Notes under the pieces: generated by a model | What the model saw: the letters and a program-made list of their open reading frames with translations, nothing else | Told to the model about the DNA's origin: nothing | Databases searched by the model: none | Source: Catalimonadaceae bacterium | Lineage (GTDB): Bacteria; Bacteroidota; Bacteroidia; Cytophagales; Flexibacteraceae | DNA length: 51,421 bases | Direction of reading: 5' to 3' | NCBI GenBank assembly: GCA_044359055.1 | Contig: JBIKMV010000001.1 | Coordinates: 1 to 51,421, forward strand | Position numbers and translations under genes: made by a program | Part shown: positions 46,782 to 51,421 of the stretch, piece after piece | How the letters are laid out: the number at the start of each line of letters is the position of its first letter | Position numbering within the stretch: the first letter of the stretch is position 1

Positions 46782-48989
46782 TTATGCCTGAGATTCTCCT
46801 GCCCGGATTTCTTTGAGCTGAGATTCCAGTTCATTGATTTCCAGCTTCAAAAGGTTGGCTCGTTTCTGAATATCTTCAATCAGCGCCATAGCATTTTTCG
46901 ACATTTTGAACATGGCCATGTTGTCCTCCAGATTTCCATGGTCTTTTTTGAGCTGCTGTAGTCTGTTTCGGATATAGCCTTCCTGATTTTTCAGGGATTT
47001 TACTCCTTCGGAAGAGAACAAACTCTTGTTGTTGTTCAGCAGGTTGATTTTGAATTTCTCCTTTTCCTCTTTGGGAATGAGGGTAGATTTTTCAATCAGA
47101 TCCATCATGGCACGGGTGAAACGGCCATTGACTTTCTGAATGGATTTCATGGGTACGAATCCGATGTTGCGGAACTCATCCCTGAATTGCTCTACCAGGT
47201 CCCTGCTGCCCAATCCGGCTTCTGCCTTTTCTTCGATTTGTCTGCAGACCTCTTCCTTCTTTTCAAGGTTTTCGTTTTGCACCTTATCCTCCCCGCTCCT
47301 CCTTTCCCGGAGCCGATTGAAAAAGTGGTCTATGCCCGCTCTGAAAGCATCATAAATTTTCTGCCCTTCTTTGCCGAAAAGCGCCGGCAGTTGCTTCCAC
47401 TCAGCCTGCAATTCTTTCATTCTGTTTACGATGCCGTCCCAGTCTTCCCCGTCTTTGAGGCTGTTAACTTCATCAACCAAGGCTTGCTTTCGGGCTATTA
47501 CATCTTTCTTACCCTTATCCAGCTCTCTGAAAAACTCATTCTTATTGTGCATGTATTTCTTATACACATTCCAGAATTTTTTATTGAGCTCAGCAGTTTT
47601 CTCCCTGAAGCGATTGGGCACCGCTTTCCATTCTTCCTGAAGTACGAGCAGTTCTTTGGTTTTTGCCTGCCAGTCACGGGCTGTTTGTCCGACAAAGTGC
47701 TCAAAATCAGCAATCTTTTCGGCCAATGCCTCTTTCAGTGAGATTTCTTCGGCCAGCCATTGCTTGCGCTGTTCATTGAATTCTTTTCTTCTTTCGTAGA
47801 GAACATCAACCGCCTTTTTGAGTCTTTCTTTGAGTTCATCCAGTTTCTCTTTGGGCACAGGACCCAGCGAGCGGTAGTCGTCCTGATAACTTATCAGGTC
47901 TTTCATGACCTTGGAAATTGAACTTTCCTGAGCCAGTTTTTCTATTTTACCAATTATTTCCTGTTTGAGATCCAGGTTTTTCTTCCTGTCCAAATCCCGG
48001 AGCCAGTTGAATTTTTCGCTGTTTCCGTGAAAGCGGTCCAGAAGTGCATAATAAGAGGCATTCAGATTTTTGGCCTGATCAGAACCCACAGGGCCAATTT
48101 TTTTCCATTCTTCTTTTATCTGCCTGAATTTTTCATAGTCGGGGTTGTGTTCATAATCGTCAACCACCTGCCTGAGTTGTTCCAGCAGTAACAGCTTGGC
48201 TTCCAGATTCCGGGACCGCTCTTTTTGCTGAAACTCCTGACTGATTTTCCGCTTTTCGTTTATGCCTCGTCCTGCCTGATTGAATCGCTGTTCTAGTCCC
48301 TGATGCTTAAATTCATACGATTCTTTATCACCTCCGTCTGCGACAAATTTTTCCAGAGCCTCATTCTTTTCTTTCAGGAAAAGACCATCGAAAATGGGCT
48401 TTAATTTTTGTATCACACGGTGGCCTGCTGCCGGATCATTGTCTCTGTTGAGTTGCTCAGCCAGCTTCACCAGTTGCTCCAAATCCAGACCGCTGTAATC
48501 TTCGGTCTGATTTTCGGCTTCCTGATTTTCCATTTCCTCGAGCTCATGCTCTTCGACTACGAGCATGGCACTATGGCTGTTTTCATCAGATGGCTCGCTT
48601 ATATGTGCCTCCTGAACCTCTGTTACAGGTTCTTCTGAAATCGCGGCTGTATCCTCAGGCGTGACACCAAGTACAGCCTCAACTTCATCCGGGATGGCCT
48701 CTTCGGCAGGAATGGGCGCTTCTGATTCATCCGACTGAACTTCAGCAGGAATTTCCTCAACCGCAATTTCTTCCTGGGCTGTTTCCTCCTGAATGTCCGC
48801 TTCCGGTGCATCTTCTGCTTGTACCTCGCCGGTTACTTCCTCATCCTGAACTCCGGGTAGTTCCGCATCATTTTCCAATAATTCTCCCGAGAAAACGGTA
48901 TCTCCGGCTTCTTCTGAAGGGATGTTTTGGGTATTCTCGGGGTTTTCTTCCGGATTCTGGTCTGGAGGAATGGTAGAATTTTCTTGCAT
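46782..48989 (-). CDS. DUF349 repeat protein with acidic N-terminal region
   Basis: 735 aa. About 170 aa of E/A/P/V-rich acidic sequence are followed by repeated helical units containing W..(K/Q)..GP(V)-type motifs (EEWKKIGPV, QEEWKAVPN, QAEWKQLPA, FRNIGFVP). Confidence 0.75.
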   Translation of the reverse strand: MQENSTIPPDQNPEENPENTQNIPSEEAGDTVFSGELLENDAELPGVQDEEVTGEVQAEDAPEADIQEETAQEEIAVEEIPAEVQSDESEAPIPAEEAIPDEVEAVLGVTPEDTAAISEEPVTEVQEAHISEPSDENSHSAMLVVEEHELEEMENQEAENQTEDYSGLDLEQLVKLAEQLNRDNDPAAGHRVIQKLKPIFDGLFLKEKNEALEKFVADGGDKESYEFKHQGLEQRFNQAGRGINEKRKISQEFQQKERSRNLEAKLLLLEQLRQVVDDYEHNPDYEKFRQIKEEWKKIGPVGSDQAKNLNASYYALLDRFHGNSEKFNWLRDLDRKKNLDLKQEIIGKIEKLAQESSISKVMKDLISYQDDYRSLGPVPKEKLDELKERLKKAVDVLYERRKEFNEQRKQWLAEEISLKEALAEKIADFEHFVGQTARDWQAKTKELLVLQEEWKAVPNRFREKTAELNKKFWNVYKKYMHNKNEFFRELDKGKKDVIARKQALVDEVNSLKDGEDWDGIVNRMKELQAEWKQLPALFGKEGQKIYDAFRAGIDHFFNRLRERRSGEDKVQNENLEKKEEVCRQIEEKAEAGLGSRDLVEQFRDEFRNIGFVPMKSIQKVNGRFTRAMMDLIEKSTLIPKEEKEKFKINLLNNNKSLFSSEGVKSLKNQEGYIRNRLQQLKKDHGNLEDNMAMFKMSKNAMALIEDIQKRANLLKLEINELESQLKEIRAGESQA

Positions 48990-49023
48990 AAAGTCTTTAG
49001 GACTGTCCTTAAAAATGGGTTGG

Positions 49024-49031
49024 CAAAAATA
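49024..49031 (-). promoter_or_regulatory. candidate -7 promoter box (TATTTTTG) for the DUF349 gene
   Basis: Exact TAnnTTTG match on the minus strand, 35 nt upstream of the ATG at 48989. Confidence 0.45.
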
Positions 49032-49170
49032 GGGGAATAAAAATAGGCATCAAAACACTTTCAAATTAAAAATAGTGCTCATAATCAATATCATGAGCAA
49101 AATAACATCATACACGCATGGCATCCGGATTTCTTTTCAGGGGAATCGGAGCAGACGGGGTATCAGGATG

Positions 49171-49211
49171 AAAACAAAAAAGCCACCGAAGCAATCTCCG
49201 GTGGCTTTTTC
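49171..49211 (-). terminator. rho-independent terminator after grpE-dnaJ
   Basis: AGCCACCG (49181-49188) pairs with CGGTGGCT (49199-49206). On the minus strand TTTTTTGTTTT follows. Confidence 0.75.
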
Positions 49212-49230
49212 CTATAGTAAATTTTGCCGC

Positions 49231-50349
49231 TTACTGGCTGAACATTTCTTTCATTTTATCAAAAAAACCTTTTTCAGATTTTCCGGGATTGGGTGAAAAA
49301 TTCGGGGATTCCTTCAGTTTTTCAAGAAGGGCAACTTCTTCTTTGGACAGGTTTTTGGGAGTCCAGATGTTTACATGAATCAGGTGATCTCCGCGGCCGT
49401 ATCCATTCAAATCTTTTAAACCTTTTCCCCTCAATCTCAATATTTTACCACTCTGGGTTCCGGGGTCTATTTTGATTTTCACCTTACCGTCTATGGTCGT
49501 GATTTCGGAATGGGTGCCCAGGGCTGCATCAGCAAAATTCAGGTACAACTCAGAGATGACATTGTTTCCATCCCTTTTGAGGTTCTCGTCTTCGGCTTCT
49601 TCCACCAGAATGAGCAGGTCGCCGGCAATTCCCCTTCCGGGAGCCTCGTTGCCTTTACCCTGCATATTCAGCTGCATGCCTTCCTGCACACCGGCCGGAA
49701 TCTTTACGGATATGATTTCTTCCCTTGGTATCAGGCCGTTTGCATCTGATCCCGGAGGTCTGTTGTCCAGTGTCTGACCTGCCCCGTTGCAGGCATGGCA
49801 GGTAGAGGCTGTCTGCATTTGGCCGAAGGGCGTATTCATCAGGCGGTTTACCTGACCGGCTCCTCCGCAGGTGGGACAGGTTTTGAAAGTAACCCCCGGA
49901 GCCACCACAAGGCGGTTTACCTTTATTTTCTTTTCCACCCCTTCCGCTATTTCCTGAAGAGTAAGTTTCAGCTTTATCCTCAGATTGGAACCTTTTCTTG
50001 TTCGGCCTCTGCCGCCGTTTCCTCCAAAAAAAGAACCAAAGGGCGAATCGTCTCCGAATATATCTCCGAACCTGGAAAAGATGTCTTCCATGTTGTTGAA
50101 ACCACCACCGCCGCTGCCGTATCCGCCCATGCCCTCATGACCGAACTGATCGTAACGGGCCTTTTTCTGCGGATCGCTCAGCACCTCATAGGCTTCTGCC
50201 CCTTCCTTGAATTTCTCCTCAGCTTCAGGATTGCCGGGGTTTTTGTCGGGATGGTATTTGATGGCGTGCTGCCGGTAGGCTTTCTTGATTTCATCAGCCG
50301 GGGCAGACTTGCTTACCCCCAGAATTTCATAATAATCTCTCTTTGCCAT
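49231..50349 (-). CDS. dnaJ: molecular chaperone DnaJ
   Basis: The J domain (DYYEILGV...HPDKN), a G/F-rich region, a Cys-rich region and the C-terminal domains are present. The start is set at MAKRDYY (ATG at 50347-50349). Confidence 0.95.
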   Translation of the reverse strand: MAKRDYYEILGVSKSAPADEIKKAYRQHAIKYHPDKNPGNPEAEEKFKEGAEAYEVLSDPQKKARYDQFGHEGMGGYGSGGGGFNNMEDIFSRFGDIFGDDSPFGSFFGGNGGRGRTRKGSNLRIKLKLTLQEIAEGVEKKIKVNRLVVAPGVTFKTCPTCGGAGQVNRLMNTPFGQMQTASTCHACNGAGQTLDNRPPGSDANGLIPREEIISVKIPAGVQEGMQLNMQGKGNEAPGRGIAGDLLILVEEAEDENLKRDGNNVISELYLNFADAALGTHSEITTIDGKVKIKIDPGTQSGKILRLRGKGLKDLNGYGRGDHLIHVNIWTPKNLSKEEVALLEKLKESPNFSPNPGKSEKGFFDKMKEMFSQ

Positions 50350-50359
50350 GGGCTTGTTT

Positions 50360-50947
50360 TTATGAACCAATCACTACCTTGGCGTAGCGAATGGGCTTAT
50401 CGTGTAAGGTATATCCTTTTTCAATTTCGTCGATGACCTTGCCTTTACCGGCAGGGTCCGGGGCAGGAATCTGGGTGATGGCTTCGTGCAAATCTGCATT
50501 GAATACCTGACCTATGGAATCCATAGGCTTCAATCCCTTCTGATTCAGCGTTTTGATCAGTTTATGAAATACCAGCTCTACCCCTTCGCGAAGGCTTTGC
50601 ACATCGCTGGCCTGCTCCATGGCTTTGATGCTTCGCTCAAAATCGTCTACCACGGGAAGCAACTCCAGCATCAAACCTTCAGAGGCAGTGGCAATGAGGT
50701 TGATTTTTTCTTTGGAAGTCCGCTGACGGAAATTTTCAAATTCGGCATAAAGCCGGATGTATTTGTCTTTCCAGTCGGCTGCCTCGGCCTGAAGACGCCG
50801 AAATTCAGATTCTGCTGTTTCGGTTTCGTCTGTTTGCAAATTTTCTGACTTATCGGCAGAAGGATTTTGGCTTGTATCTTCTACCGCAATTTCCTGGCTG
50901 GTATGGTCTAAATTGTTGTTATCCAATTCGTTATTTTCCTCTTTCAT
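50360..50947 (-). CDS. grpE: nucleotide exchange factor GrpE
   Basis: The GrpE core reads [16 protein letters not shown]...[11 protein letters not shown]. The start is set at the internal ATG at 50945-50947 (MKEENNEL), and the track's longer N-terminus is not GrpE-like. Confidence 0.9.
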   Translation of the reverse strand: MKEENNELDNNNLDHTSQEIAVEDTSQNPSADKSENLQTDETETAESEFRRLQAEAADWKDKYIRLYAEFENFRQRTSKEKINLIATASEGLMLELLPVVDDFERSIKAMEQASDVQSLREGVELVFHKLIKTLNQKGLKPMDSIGQVFNADLHEAITQIPAPDPAGKGKVIDEIEKGYTLHDKPIRYAKVVIGS

Positions 50948-51058
50948 GTCATTATTTTTCTTTTCTCCCAAACAAGCTGATGTTAAACAAGTATTAAGCC
51001 ACGAAGTCATGGTCTGCCATAAGGTCAGCATGTGCAGTTTTTTATAATCTTTGCCCGC

Positions 51059-51421
51059 ATGAAGAGCTTGGAAATCTGCTTTGCCACCAACAATGCCCAT
51101 AAACTGGAAGAGGTTCAGTCCATACTGCCTTCCGGAATAAATATCCTGAGTCTGAAAGATATAGCCTGCTTCGAAGAACTGCCTGAGAACCAGAAAACCA
51201 TTGAAGGCAATGCTCTGGAAAAAGCGGCTTTCGTTTCAGGGAAATATGGTATCAATTGTTTTGCGGACGATACCGGCCTTGAGGTGAGCGCTCTCGGAGG
51301 TGAGCCCGGTGCAGATACCGCCCACTACGCCGGACCCGGGCGGGATGCAGAAAAAAACATGGATTTATTGTTGAAGAATCTCGAGGGTATCCCGGACAGG
51401 TCGGCCCGGTTTAAAACCATT
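51059..51421 (+). CDS. rdgB: non-canonical purine NTP pyrophosphatase RdgB/HAM1 family (3' end outside window)
   Basis: My translation from the ATG at 51059 reads MKSLEICFATNNAHKLEEVQSIL...FADDTGLEVSALGGEPG... It is open to the window edge (121 codons), so it is not in the ORF track. Confidence 0.85.
   Translation, partial: MKSLEICFATNNAHKLEEVQSILPSGINILSLKDIACFEELPENQKTIEGNALEKAAFVSGKYGINCFADDTGLEVSALGGEPGADTAHYAGPGRDAEKNMDLLLKNLEGIPDRSARFKTI

Noticed and set aside
1-51421. I searched by eye for rRNA or tRNA genes, CRISPR repeat-spacer periodicity, transposase, integrase or recombinase ORFs, terminal inverted repeats and phage genes.
   Set aside because: Every long ORF is accounted for by a housekeeping or envelope function. 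I saw no regularly spaced direct repeats and no tRNA-like T-arm or acceptor patterns. I cannot run tRNAscan or Infernal, so small ncRNAs cannot be excluded.

Overview
This 51.4-kb window is a gene-dense chromosomal segment that reads as core genome of a Bacteroidota bacterium. The evidence for that placement is two T9SS C-terminal sorting domains (one type A, one type B), TAnnTTTG -7 promoter boxes ahead of several genes, long-form IspG, and the purH-mreB-mreC-mreD and uppS-bamA-skp-skp arrangements. I call 44 CDS (two cut by the window edges) and one pseudogene. Nearly all are housekeeping genes: bioB, holB, hutH, HMG-CoA lyase, hemJ, rlmI, rimP-nusA-infB, ffh, an acyl-CoA desaturase, hemW, asnS, ispG, mreBCD, purH, tadA, meaB, uppS, bamA, two skp genes, mnmA, a thioredoxin, grpE-dnaJ and rdgB. 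I found no rRNA, tRNA, CRISPR array, transposase, integrase, or recognisable phage or defence gene. I do not see a convincing multi-gene novel system, and this looks like an ordinary region with a few modest oddities. (1) At 23246-23913 a small ORF overlaps a nucleotidyltransferase-fold gene that is broken by a single in-frame TAA. (2) At 24029-25468 there is an unassigned 479-aa protein with an HTH-like N-terminus and a helical body. (3) At 16871-18793 an AT-rich stretch encodes a 640-aa polytopic membrane protein. (4) A 21-nt promoter-proximal motif is shared 19/21 between the MerC-like gene and the secreted M43 protease gene. (5) Terminator-like hairpins with U-tracts sit directly against the start codons of rlmI, rimP, tadA and uppS. 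(6) trx, an 80-aa ORF and mnmA form a tightly packed cluster. All functional calls come from reading the translations by eye; no searches were run.
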